Positions 29,325 to 39,420 of a stretch of DNA of 64,000 bases are shown here, in pieces (positions within the stretch are counted from its first letter, which is position 1; each line of letters starts with the position of its first letter). Under the pieces are notes generated by a model. That model worked only from the letters and a program-made list of their open reading frames with translations, did not search any database and was not told the DNA's origin. The stretch spans positions 1 through 64,000 of the IMG/VR virus record IMGVR_UViG_3300014676_000001. One strand, given 5' to 3'. The position numbers and the translations under genes were made by a program. This DNA comes from an uncultured virus (IMG/VR IMGVR_UViG_3300014676_000001) (taxonomy: Duplodnaviria; Heunggongvirae; Uroviricota; Caudoviricetes).

Positions 29325-29996
29325 ATGGCGGAGTATGGCGTTTTACTGACGACCACGAGCGGGGAAGTATGGGTGACCGCGAACAGCTCGCCAATCGCTC
29401 TACAGGCACGAAAGACAGCGGCACTTCAGGGAACAACGGGTTTCAATACCAAAGTGACGCACACTTTCCCCGCAGGTCAGCCCGTTGTCGCGTTCGTTCA
29501 TTGTACTGTTGAGGTCGAAATAACCCAGACGATAAGCGGGAACACCATCACGATTGATTTTCTCAGACCGAATGCAACCGGCACAGCGTACGTTTATTTT
29601 TTCTCTATTTTCCCGCAGACAAAGCCAGACTACGGGCTGGCTGTGTGGGATGCATCAGGGACGCTGATTTTAACAAACGAAACGCGCACACTGAGCGATG
29701 TAGTCACCCTCGGTACAGCCGGGGTGGATGCCAGCTCAGGATACAACATCAATACAACTCTGGCGGGGAAGTGGGCCTGTATGCCTGCCATGCTTGGGCT
29801 GATTACCGGAGTTATATCGGCTGGCGGTCAGCCGCAGCCATACATGGCAATATATAAAAGCATGGCAAAACTTGAGGGAAGCAATACGCGGATATTCGCC
29901 AGGCCGCAGACAACCCCTGGCGGCAACCTTCAAAACGTCGCGTATTCAAATCTGAGGAACGTGATTATGGCCATCAACTGCGCCAACTACGATTGA
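29325..29996 (+). CDS. Tail-tip accessory protein
   Basis: YGLAVWDASG motif, related to the preceding gene. Confidence 0.65.
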   Translation: MAEYGVLLTTTSGEVWVTANSSPIALQARKTAALQGTTGFNTKVTHTFPAGQPVVAFVHCTVEVEITQTISGNTITIDFLRPNATGTAYVYFFSIFPQTKPDYGLAVWDASGTLILTNETRTLSDVVTLGTAGVDASSGYNINTTLAGKWACMPAMLGLITGVISAGGQPQPYMAIYKSMAKLEGSNTRIFARPQTTPGGNLQNVAYSNLRNVIMAINCANYD

Positions 29997-30103
29997 TCGT
30001 TTTCAGCGATCAATAACATAAAACCGATCTATTAAATCAATTATATCCCATTGATTCATATTGTTATTGTGTAGCTTCATGAATACCCTGGGATATAACC
30101 ACT

Positions 30104-30337
30104 ATGAAAAATATGATTCTTTACCTGGCGGTGGCGGTATTGCTCTCCGGTTGCGCTGGCGTTATTGAGAAGCAGCAACCCGTATGCACCGGAACAGCCC
30201 TGGTCGGCGGGCAGGAAAGCAGCGTCCAGATATACGGAGTCCGCAAGCAAAACAATCAGACGCAGTACCGCGCCGGTTATCCCTTTAACTGGTCATGGGT
30301 GAGCGCCAACACTTTCACCAGCACCACCTGTCACTAA
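30104..30337 (+). CDS. cor: Cor superinfection-exclusion lipoprotein
   Basis: Lipobox LSGC; PVCTGTALVGG, VQIYGVR, YRAGYPFNW; between J accessories and fibre as in N15/phi80/HK022. Confidence 0.88.
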   Translation: MKNMILYLAVAVLLSGCAGVIEKQQPVCTGTALVGGQESSVQIYGVRKQNNQTQYRAGYPFNWSWVSANTFTSTTCH

Positions 30338-30395
30338 CCCATTCAGTTTTGAACAAACCCCGCTCCGGCGGGGTTTTTTATTGCCTGGAGAAAAT

Positions 30396-31658
30396 ATGCT
30401 TTATAACACTGGCACCATCGCCATTAACGGAAACACTGCAACCGGCACCGGCACGAACTGGACGGCACCCGCCAGCCAGATTCGGGTTGGCCAGACGTTA
30501 TTTGTTCTTTCTAACCCGGTACAGATGTTTCAGATCACGGCCATCAACAGTGCGACGTCACTGACGGTTACGCCTGCCGCGTCTCCGGCGTTGAGCGGCC
30601 AGAAGTACGGCATTCTTGTTACTGATAGTCTCTCGGTCGACGGCCTGGCGCAGAGCATGTCTCAGCTCATCAACGAGTATGACGAGAACATTGGCGCGTG
30701 GGAGACGTTCGCCACTACCTCAGCAAACCAGAACATCACCGTCACCATCAACGGCGCTCGTGTAACCATTCCGGCGATCGGCAAACTGGTCCAGAAAGGG
30801 AGCAATGGGGCGGTTGGAATTTCGGACGGCGGGACTGGGGCAACGAATGCCGCTGACGCTCGCACAAACCTCGGTTTGGGAAGTAGCGCGACTAAGGACG
30901 TCGGAACGGACTCCGGTAATGTCATGCAAGTGGGGGCTTTTGGGGTTGGTTCTATCCATGGCGATGGACCACTACTGGACGCTATGGGCGCGTTTACACC
31001 GACCTGTTTCACCTCTCACTCCAATGATGGACTTACCCAGCTTGGGCTAACTGCCAATACAGGTATTACGTCAATAGTCGTCAACCGGGGAAGCCGTCCA
31101 ACACGTATTCATCAGGCTTACATTCTGAGACGAACGTGGTTCTCATATTACAGTGGCTCATCCTGGTCATATCAGGAGGCTTACACCACGGGCAATACCA
31201 CTAAAGCCAGTGATGGTACTCTGAAAGCAGCATCTCCGGTCGCTCGTATCGTTGCGAGTGCTGATACATGCCTGCGCTCAGATATTGCTGAGGATGGTTT
31301 TACATGGTGCGGCTGCGGTACGGCGAATACCGAAGCTGAAGGGATCAAAATTTCCCGGCTCGATGTGGGAGTGTATGTGTTGACTGGTTCGGCAGGCCTT
31401 GCATCTGAGGGATGGCAGTTACTGCCGCCAATGGACCCTGGCGGCATGGGGGAACTGGGTGTAGTTGAGGCAGAGCAAACCGAAAACGGAGGACTGACTA
31501 TCCGCCTGTTTAAGCGAAAATACCTGCTAGGCGATGACGGGGAGATCGTCAAAACGAAAGGGGAACCGATGGACGTGCCGGTGAACAGCTGGATCGATGT
31601 TCGCCTGGATATGCCTGATGATTCTGCCTTTAATCAGCGTGATCAGGCTCGGTTTTAA
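30396..31658 (+). CDS. Side tail fibre: constant N-terminus fused to variable cassette V1
   Basis: YNTGTIAINGN start; GGTGATNAADARTNLGLG junction containing crossover site 1. Confidence 0.88.
   Translation: MLYNTGTIAINGNTATGTGTNWTAPASQIRVGQTLFVLSNPVQMFQITAINSATSLTVTPAASPALSGQKYGILVTDSLSVDGLAQSMSQLINEYDENIGAWETFATTSANQNITVTINGARVTIPAIGKLVQKGSNGAVGISDGGTGATNAADARTNLGLGSSATKDVGTDSGNVMQVGAFGVGSIHGDGPLLDAMGAFTPTCFTSHSNDGLTQLGLTANTGITSIVVNRGSRPTRIHQAYILRRTWFSYYSGSSWSYQEAYTTGNTTKASDGTLKAASPVARIVASADTCLRSDIAEDGFTWCGCGTANTEAEGIKISRLDVGVYVLTGSAGLASEGWQLLPPMDPGGMGELGVVEAEQTENGGLTIRLFKRKYLLGDDGEIVKTKGEPMDVPVNSWIDVRLDMPDDSAFNQRDQARF
30859..30884 (+). other. Invertase crossover site 1 (gix/cix-like)
   Basis: AAACC-TC-GGTTT core followed by GGGAAGTAGCGCGACTAAG. 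Confidence 0.85.
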
Positions 31659-32312
31659 GCGCAGCCATTTCCAGCATAGAAAGTCGTTTTTCATGTTTAT
31701 TTATTGTCTTAAGTGCTACTTGTAGCGCACAAAGGAGGTCAAGGATGATCGCGTTATTGTCGAGAACAAGCCTTTCCCTGTAGCCCTGGATAATTTTATT
31801 CCCTTCTTCATCAAACTCCTCTGTGCCGTCAGGTTCTCGGGTGTGCTTGACGTACAGAGGCTCAATCAGCTCTGCTTGTTGTGCGATAATCCCCCTCCGC
31901 ACTCTTCGCTTTTCATCATCAATGTACTTAAATTTTCGCAGTTCCAGAGCTAGTATTTTTTCAACTGACTCCTGCCCGTCAAACTCCTCAACATCGCATT
32001 TGAAATTGATATCTGAGGTTCCGGCTAAAGCCAGTGTGCCCCCTGCTGCTGGGAAATTGATTACCCATTGCCCTACCGAGTTTATGCGATTGCGACGCGC
32101 TATATAAAATAGAGGTGTTGCTCCGGGGTCGCCACCGGCCATTTCAATAAGATTTGTACTGCCTACAGCATCTTCATTATTTGACAAAGAAGTCAGGCTA
32201 AATGATGCATATGAAGTGCTTTTTCTTACCGCCAGATTTTCACTAAATGTATTGCCCTTGTTTGTCATGGCCACATAGGAACCATCCAAAAGCGCAGCTG
32301 TTCCTAAACCGA
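31630..32312 (-). CDS. Silent fibre cassette V2 with peptidase S74-like intramolecular chaperone
   Basis: In frame from site 2 (GLGTAALLDGSY); TSDINFK...RRGIIAQQ motif; no own RBS. Confidence 0.8.
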
Positions 32313-32324
32313 CCTTTATTCACC
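32299..32324 (-). other. Invertase crossover site 2
   Basis: Minus strand AAAGG-TC-GGTTTAGGAA. Confidence 0.8.
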
Positions 32325-33118
32325 CGCATCAGCAGTCATGGCCAGCTCTGTTGCTCTGATTTTTTGGTTGTATAAAGAATCGGCAGGCATTTCGACACGA
32401 ACGGACAAAAACTGGTCACGGGGGATGTCGACCGGATCACCATCACCCACGCCTTCCAGTTCGTTCCTGGCGAATGCTGGCGCATCAGGGTGTGTGCGGT
32501 GGTAGGTTTTCACCAGCACAGAGCCATCGGCGTTTACCTCATAATCCAGCCAGATAAGCGGCTGCTTGTTGCGATCGGTAGGAATGTCAAAACCGCCATC
32601 GATGCCGCCCCATGCTGCGTCTGAGTTCAGCCCCTGACATCCTTCAATCCGATATTCACCTGTGGCCAGACGGGTTACAGTGCAGCCCTCAGATTCGTCA
32701 TTCGTCCGGTATGAGCCATCCGAGAATATCGCCACCACTGGCGATGCAGCTTTCAGTGTACCGTCGCTGGCGCGGGTCGTGTTGGCTGTGCCGTAAAGCA
32801 TGTTAAAGGTTGAGGTTGCGGAGGTTCCTGAGGTGTTTCTTGCCAAGACCCCCACCACCCCAGTTCCGTAAGCAACGCTGATGATCGCATGCGTATCTTC
32901 AGCTGCAAAATATAGCGATGCAGCATAAGATGTTTGTGAGTTAACAGTTTTGTTGTTACGAAATACACGAGAACCTTTATCCATGAGGTTTGCCCATACC
33001 TCAGCAACTGTATCTGCGTTGAATGAGTTTCCTTTGCCTCCGAACCCAAACGCGCCCACCTCCATTACATTTCCCACTGACGTTCCAACGTTCTTAGTCG
33101 CGCTACTTCCTAAACCGA
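32316..33118 (-). CDS. Silent fibre cassette V3
   Basis: In frame from site 3 (GLGSSATKNVGTSVGNVMEVGAFG); shares NTTRASDGTLKAASPV with V1. Confidence 0.85.
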
Positions 33119-33130
33119 CGTTTTATAGAT
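33105..33130 (-). other. Invertase crossover site 3
   Basis: Minus strand AAACG-TC-GGTTTAGGAAGTAGCGCGACTAAG. Confidence 0.85.
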
Positions 33131-33195
33131 TGCCCTGCGGCAGCCATGCCGATAACTTCACCTGATTTTTTTGCAGAAAATATTGGGTGAAAAAT

Positions 33196-33777
33196 ATGCA
33201 AATTGGCTACGTAAGGGTATCAACAAATGACCAAAACACAGATCTTCAGCGACAAGCTCTCGAACGCGCAGGATGTGAACAGGTTTTTGAGGAAAAAATG
33301 AGCGGGACGGTGGCGAACCGGCCAGCGCTTAAAAAGCTTCTACGAACGCTGAATGAGGGCGACACGCTGGTAGTGTGGAAGCTGGATCGCCTCGGGCGAA
33401 GCATGCGGAACCTGGTACTGTTGGTGGACGAACTCCGGCAGCGCGGCATCCACTTCAAAAGCCTTACGGACAGCATCGACACTTCCAGCCCAATGGGGCG
33501 CTTCATATTCCATATCATGTCGGCCCTGGCCGAAATGGAGAGGGAGTTAATCGTGGAGCGTACCAGGGCGGGATTAGCGGCAGCGCGTGAGAAGGGGCGC
33601 ATAGGAGGCAGACGACCAAAGCTAACACCGGAGCAATGGGCGCAGGCAGGACGGTTGATCGCAAATGGAGTGGACAGAAAGCAGGTGGCGATTATCTATG
33701 ATGTGGCCGTATGTACTTTGTATAAAAAATTCCCTGCGTCCAGTTTTATCAATAGCTTATCCACTGAGGAAAATTGA
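33196..33777 (+). CDS. Serine DNA invertase (Gin/Cin/Pin/Min family)
   Basis: IGYVRVSTNDQ, VWKLDRLGRS, GRIGGRRP, C-terminal HTH. Confidence 0.95.
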   Translation: MQIGYVRVSTNDQNTDLQRQALERAGCEQVFEEKMSGTVANRPALKKLLRTLNEGDTLVVWKLDRLGRSMRNLVLLVDELRQRGIHFKSLTDSIDTSSPMGRFIFHIMSALAEMERELIVERTRAGLAAAREKGRIGGRRPKLTPEQWAQAGRLIANGVDRKQVAIIYDVAVCTLYKKFPASSFINSLSTEEN

Positions 33778-33816
33778 TAGGCAATATCGGCATTGACCAT
33801 TTTCGCCATCAAAATA

Positions 33817-33836
33817 AACTGTATATAAACACAGTA
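33817..33836. promoter_or_regulatory. LexA (SOS) box
   Basis: AACTGTATATAAACACAGTA (CTG-N10-CAG), with -35 TTGACC at 33793. Confidence 0.88.
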
Positions 33837-33848
33837 TTTTGTGAGGTG

Positions 33849-34091
33849 ATGATGCCACGCACAGCAGACATACATGCCGCTTTTATCGCGGCAATAGAGG
33901 TTAACCCAAAAGGATACCGCTATCTACGAACAGACAGCTTCATCAAGAAGTTGCGGGAGTTTAACTGGCACTTTAGTCGTACCGAAGCGAACTCGTGGAT
34001 AGAGCGCTACCAGTCCGGCTTTGCAGATAAGACAACTGATGGCAGTGATAATAGATACTGGATACTGCGTAACATGGGTAGGGTGCACTGA
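33849..34091 (+). CDS. SOS-regulated small protein
   Basis: RBS GAGGTG; directly after the LexA box. Confidence 0.7.
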   Translation: MMPRTADIHAAFIAAIEVNPKGYRYLRTDSFIKKLREFNWHFSRTEANSWIERYQSGFADKTTDGSDNRYWILRNMGRVH

Positions 34092-34408
34092 TGGGATTTG
34101 CATCACCAGCTGCTGATTACGTTGAGCGCCAGCTCACTCCAGAAATTCTGTGCAACATGGGTGCCGATAGCCGGGTACTTGAGACTGATGTTGGCTTTGC
34201 AGTCATTGAACCAGCCACGAAAAAAACGCCAGGAGATGTGTTGTTAATTCTGTGCGACGGCCACACACAGTTTGCAAAGCTCATGGGTGAAGCGCTAATT
34301 ACTAACGATGGCGAAGCGATAGAAGGTTCCGCGTTGGAGGACGTAGAGGTACTGGGGCGGGTTACATTTTTCATCAACCGCGTGATAAGTGATGATTGTC
34401 CGTTCTGA
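34091..34408 (+). CDS. Short UmuD'/HumD-like protein
   Basis: Starts MGFASPAADYVE, like UmuD after its cleavage site; ends GRVTFFIN. Confidence 0.7.
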   Translation: MGFASPAADYVERQLTPEILCNMGADSRVLETDVGFAVIEPATKKTPGDVLLILCDGHTQFAKLMGEALITNDGEAIEGSALEDVEVLGRVTFFINRVISDDCPF

Positions 34409-34481
34409 AAACACCATACCATCTGGATGGGCATAGTTATAAATCTATCCCCCCAACATATAGCAGGGGGGATAGGTTGCA

Positions 34482-35501
34482 TTATTTTTTATTTTTTATG
34501 AGGTTTTCTAATTTATCGAGATTCTGGTTAACCTTCTCGGCACCAAGTTCTGATTCAAGTAATGCTTCTATTTTTTTCATTAAATTAGAAGGTATCTTAC
34601 GGTTATCTATTTTTAAGGTGACGAAATTACCCTTATATTTTGCGATAACGCCATCTCCATATGCTTTTTCGGATTTAGGTTCGCCTTTCTTTTCAACCAG
34701 AACCACGTCTTGTAGTATTTGTATAATTCTCGCGGGTTCAAAATCTTCACCTGCTTTCTTCATACGGAGCAACTGTCGCGCAGCGTCGAGCATGGCCTGC
34801 TCGTTTCCCTGATAAACTTTTGACAATGCATCCCCGGCGCGAGCTGATAGTTCCCCCGGATGTTTGAAGATAGACAGGATCTCCTTCGGCAATCCGGCAG
34901 TATTCATGCAGCGGTTCACGATATTTCTGTCGATACCCTCCGCTTCAGCTAGGGCTTTCACATTCCCATCAAATTCTTTCAGGCGGCGCAAATACCGTTT
35001 TCCACGCTCGTAGGCACTGGTAGGTCGATAGTCGTTACCTACCTGCGACAACCACTGCATTTGCTCATCATCCAGCTCCCCCACGAGAACCCGATAATCG
35101 CTACCCGTGATGATGGCCGTTTTACGACGGCGTGAGCCATCGGCAATCTCTATAATTCCTGACGTTCTTCTGGCGAACGCGGGGTTCTGCTGTCCTGAAT
35201 TGAGGAATGAAGGGATAAGGTCGGCCAGCGCTGACTCGTTCAGCAATTCCTGATCACGTTCATTACCGAGCCAAACCATTGTTGCCATTTCGACTTTATC
35301 AGCAGGAATTGTTTCCAGCTTAAAGGTTACGTTACGGCCACAAACAGGTAGCGTAATATTGTTTCCGGACAACGAGCTTAATTTGCTCTGTAAGTCACCA
35401 ACCATAGGCGAAACAGAAGGCGCTTTTTGCGGCGCATTATGAGTACTGCTCATGAACGTTTCGATGTTGGGTGCATTTTTTAAAATAGAGCGATTCTTCA
35501 T
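34482..35501 (-). CDS. sopB: Partition protein SopB (ParB)
   Basis: LPVCGRNVTF, IADGSRRRK, NDYRPTSAYERG. Confidence 0.95.
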   Translation of the reverse strand: MKNRSILKNAPNIETFMSSTHNAPQKAPSVSPMVGDLQSKLSSLSGNNITLPVCGRNVTFKLETIPADKVEMATMVWLGNERDQELLNESALADLIPSFLNSGQQNPAFARRTSGIIEIADGSRRRKTAIITGSDYRVLVGELDDEQMQWLSQVGNDYRPTSAYERGKRYLRRLKEFDGNVKALAEAEGIDRNIVNRCMNTAGLPKEILSIFKHPGELSARAGDALSKVYQGNEQAMLDAARQLLRMKKAGEDFEPARIIQILQDVVLVEKKGEPKSEKAYGDGVIAKYKGNFVTLKIDNRKIPSNLMKKIEALLESELGAEKVNQNLDKLENLIKNKK

Positions 35502-35503
35502 AA

Positions 35504-36667
35504 TTAGTCCTCCCAACGAGGTTTGATCAGGTCTTCGAAAATTTCTTTGCAGACTGGCTCCCAGATTTCTACTGCATTTCGCCAGGCATTAAGCGTTGAG
35601 CGTTGATTTGCTGCTTGTTCAAATACGGTGCGCATCTTGATTTGGCCTTTACCAACTTCATCAGTGACCCGTACAACCTGCCGTAAGACCATGGCTCCCC
35701 AGGTATTTCGAATCTGCTCCTCCATCCATCTGGACTGGTTGCCGTTAGTCAGGCTGTACTTGGTTAGGAGCAATCGGACTACAGGTTCGAAACCGCCCAA
35801 ATCCACGGTTTCAAGCAGGTCGAGCAGCATTGTGAAAAACTGAAGAACGGATGCATAGTCGAACAGCTCTGCCGGGGTTGCTACAACGATGACGTCAGCA
35901 GCACATACAACGTTAATAGTTCCCGTGCCCAGGTTTGGAGCGCTGTCTATGACAATAATGTCGTAGTTATCCCATACAGACTCGATAGCAGCACGAAGCA
36001 TCAGGTGAGGGGGATGAGGCAACTTCCCCTCTGAATGGTGCTGCATCAGATCCGTTTCAATGCGATGAAGAGCAAGGCAGCTAGGAATTATGTCGAGGCC
36101 TGGCCAGCATGTCGGCTTAATTGCATATTCAGCGTTGTCGCGTTCACCGAGGTAAAACGGAAGCAGAGTATCGTCTCTGTGAATGTGCAAATCAGGGACG
36201 TAACCGTGGTACATCGATGCAGTTCCTTGAGGGTCATTGCCTTCAACAAGTAAAACCCGGTGTCCTTGTAAGGCTAGCCATTGCGCCTGGTGTACTGCGG
36301 ATGAGGTTTTATAAACCCCTCCTTTATGCGACATAACAGAAAGCACAACCGGGTTTTTATCGTCGGGTCTTTGGTTTGGGTTACCAAACACGCTCCGCAT
36401 ATGGCTAATTTGGTCAATGGTGTAGCCAGCACGACGTTCTACTCGCCCCCTCATCTCAAAATCTGGAGCCGGTAGGCGACCAGCCTTTTCCGCATCTCTT
36501 ATAGCTTGCGGTGTTACGCCGATCAGGTCTGCAACTTCTGTAATGCCCCAGCGGCGAGTTATTCGACGTGCTTCTGGGCTGTCATCGCCGAACTGTGCGA
36601 TGGCAATAGCGCGGGTCATTTCCTGACCGCGATTGATGCAGTCTTTCAGCAAATTTATTAATGACAT
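35504..36667 (-). CDS. sopA: Partition ATPase SopA (ParA)
   Basis: AIAIAQFGDDSPEAR, HKGGVYKT, EGNDPQG. Confidence 0.96.
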   Translation of the reverse strand: MSLINLLKDCINRGQEMTRAIAIAQFGDDSPEARRITRRWGITEVADLIGVTPQAIRDAEKAGRLPAPDFEMRGRVERRAGYTIDQISHMRSVFGNPNQRPDDKNPVVLSVMSHKGGVYKTSSAVHQAQWLALQGHRVLLVEGNDPQGTASMYHGYVPDLHIHRDDTLLPFYLGERDNAEYAIKPTCWPGLDIIPSCLALHRIETDLMQHHSEGKLPHPPHLMLRAAIESVWDNYDIIVIDSAPNLGTGTINVVCAADVIVVATPAELFDYASVLQFFTMLLDLLETVDLGGFEPVVRLLLTKYSLTNGNQSRWMEEQIRNTWGAMVLRQVVRVTDEVGKGQIKMRTVFEQAANQRSTLNAWRNAVEIWEPVCKEIFEDLIKPRWED

Positions 36668-36707
36668 CCTGTTTCCTCTCAAACATGCCCTTACCTTTGT
36701 GTTTTTC

Positions 36708-36772
36708 ATCATACTTTACGTTTTTTAAGCAAAGCAACATAAAAAAAGCAAAGTTACACACAAAACGCAAAG
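36708..36772 (-). promoter_or_regulatory. sop promoter/operator
   Basis: TTGCTT-18-TATGAT and three CTTTGC hexamers at 19-bp spacing (36729, 36748, 36767), like F sopOP. Confidence 0.65.
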
Positions 36773-37126
36773 TTTAGGTTTTAACTAATGACTAGATGCG
36801 CCACAGAAGCTGTTTAACCTCACCTAAGCGCATCGCTATTGCTATAGTTGGTATATTCGTAACCTAACCACATGATTTTAAAAGATAAACAAATTGAACA
36901 AATTTCATCCAAAGATAACCAAACATGTCAAATTCCTCGCTGCTTATACACTTTAAAATCCCTCCATCTCTTCTGCCAAATTATCAAAACATAATCTAAG
37001 AACACTATAGGGGTTGATTCCAACCAATCCCTAAAAACACTATAACAGAACATAAATAAAGAACGCAATTTCTATAGATCATAAATTCGGAACATATAAC
37101 ACATAACATATCGCACACACGGAACA

Positions 37127-37182
37127 TATCAGCACACAATACCCCATTATACGCGCGTATAATGGGGCATTGTGTGCTGATA
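37127..37182. other. telRL: telRL telomere resolution site (56-bp palindrome, 1 mismatch)
   Basis: TATCAGCACACAATACCCCATTATACGC|GCGTATAATGGGGCATTGTGTGCTGATA between sopA and telN. Confidence 0.96.
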
Positions 37183-37346
37183 TAGAGAACATAGGCACAG
37201 AACAAAGCTCAATCAATCCGTTATTGTGTTCTGTTGAAATTCTGTTATTATGTTCTCTTATAGTGTGATGAAAGTAGCACAATTATTGGGCGCATGTTCT
37301 TTGATTGTGTTACGATATGAGGCAACTTAGATACGGGAGAGCCGGG

Positions 37347-39247
37347 ATGAGCAAGGTAAAAATTGGCGNNNNNNNNNNATCAATGCGCTTGTGAATGAGG
37401 TAGAAGCAATTGATGCCTCGGACCGCCCACAAGGCGATAAAACGAAGAGAATTAAAGCCGCCGCCGCACGGTACAAGAACGCGTTATTTAATGATAAAAG
37501 AAAATTCCGTGGGAAAGGTCTGCAAAAAAGAATAACCGCAAATACTTTTAACGCTTATATGAGCAGGGCAAGAAAACGCTTTGATGATAAGTTGCATCAT
37601 AGCTTTGATAAAAATATTCATAAATTATCTGAAAAGTATCCGCTCTATAGTGAAGAATTATCTTCATGGTTGTCTATGCCTACGGCTAATATTCGACAGA
37701 ATATGTCAGCACTACAATCTAAATTAAAATCAATAATGCCTCTTGCCGAAGAATTATCAAATATAAAATTAGGTGTTAAAGGCAGTGATGCAAAATTAAC
37801 AAAGCTAACAAAGAAATATCCAGATTGGAGTTTCGCTATTAGTGATTTATGCAGTGATGATTGGAGGGAAAGACGCGACTACCTTTATAAGTTGTTCCAA
37901 CAAGGCTCTTCATTGTTAGAAGAGCTGCATCAGCTCAAGGTCAACCACGAGGTTCTGTACCATCTTCAGCTTAGCCCTGCGGAGCGTACATCTATACAAC
38001 AGCGATGGGCCGATGTTCTGCGCGAGAAGAAGCGCAGTGTTGTAGTTATTGACTACCCAAAATACATGCAGTCAATTTATGATATTTTGAATAGTCCTGC
38101 GACTTTATTTAGTTTAAACACTCGTTCTGGAATGGCTCCCTTGGCCTTTGCTCTGGCTGCGGTATCGGGGCGACGAATGATTGAGATAATGTTTCAGGGT
38201 GAATTTACCGTTTCAGGAAAATATACCGTTAATTTCTCAGGGCAAGCCAAAAAACGTACTGAAGATAAAAACGTAACCAGAAAGATTTATACTTTATGCG
38301 AAGCTAAATTATTCGTTGAGCTATTAACTGAATTACGTTCTTGCTCTGCTGCATCTGACTTCGATGAAGTTATTCAGGGATATGGTAAGGATGATACAAG
38401 GTCCGAGAATGGTAGAATAAACGCTATTTTAGCCAAGGCATTTAATCCTTGGGTTAAAACATTCTTTGGCGATGAGCGCCGTGTTTATAAAGATAGCCGC
38501 GCTATTTACGCCCGTATCGCGTATGAGATGTTCTTTCGCGTCGATCCACGGTGGAAAAACGTGGACGAGGACGTTTTCTTCATGGAGATTCTCGGACACG
38601 ACGACGAGAACACCCAGCTGCACTATAAGCAATTCAAGCTGGCCAACTTCTCCAGAACCTGGCGACCGGATGTTGGGGACGAAAACTCCCGGCTGGTGGC
38701 CCTCCAGAAACTGGACGACGAAATGCCGGGCTTTGCCAGAGGTGACGCCGGTGTCCGTCTCCATGAAACCGTCAAGCAGCTGGTGGAGCAGGACCCATCT
38801 GTAAAAATAACCAACAGCACTCTCCGGGCCTACAAATTTAGCCCGACGATGATTAGCCGGTACCTGGAATTTGCCGCTGATGCATTGGGGCAGTTCGTTG
38901 GTGAGAATGGCCAGTGGCAACTGAAGCTTGAGGCGCCTGCAATCGTCCTGCCTGATGAAGATGGCGTTGATGCCATCGACGAACCGGATGATGAACCTCA
39001 GGACGACGAGCTGGACGACGATGAAATTGAGGTAGATGAGGATGGTGCCGAAGAGCATACCGAAGAAAAAGAGCCAGAAAAAAATCAGCAGGCTGCTTTA
39101 AAACCAGTCTTCAAACCTGCAAAAAACAACGGAGACGGAACGTACCAGATAGAGTTTGAGTACGATGGGAAGCACTATGCTTGGTCCGGCCCAGCCGATA
39201 GCCCTATGGCAGCTATGCGATCTGCATGGGAAACCTACCACAGCTAA
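37347..39247 (+). CDS. telN: Protelomerase TelN (N gap at 37369-37378 near start)
   Basis: MSKVKIG start; SGRRMIEI, GQAKKR, KDSRAIYA, LGHDDENTQLHYKQF catalytic motifs; acidic linker. Confidence 0.97.
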
Positions 39248-39250
39248 AAG

Positions 39251-39282
39251 AAAAGCCACCGGTGCGAATCGGTGGCTTTTTT
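39251..39282 (+). terminator. Intrinsic terminator after telN
   Basis: AAAAGCCACCG-GTGCGAAT-CGGTGGCTTTTTT. Confidence 0.8.
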
Positions 39283-39420
39283 ATGGTGGCCCGTCCCTAC
39301 CCGTCTCCTGCAAAAAACGGAAGGATTAGGCGGAAACCGCAGCTGCAACAGCAGACATCGCCGTCCAGACTGTAGGGACTTCCCCGCGTATAGCGGGGCT
39401 TAAATTCGGGCTGGCCAACC

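Noticed and set aside
31644..31655. Fourth invertase site (CAGGC-TC-GGTTT)
   Set aside because: Left arm poor, no GGAA, followed by a stop codon; no cassette follows.
30396..33118. Diversity-generating retroelement acting on the fibre
   Set aside because: No reverse transcriptase and no adenine-specific TR/VR pair; inversion explains the variation.
37347..37391. Apparent frameshift or truncation at the telN 5' end
   Set aside because: Caused by a 10-N placeholder; MSKVKIG before and INALVNEV after fit one ORF.
38429..39058. Long antisense ORFs (also 2828-3508, 10722-11303, 49318-49857, 62241-62744)
   Set aside because: Shadow frames of well-supported genes.
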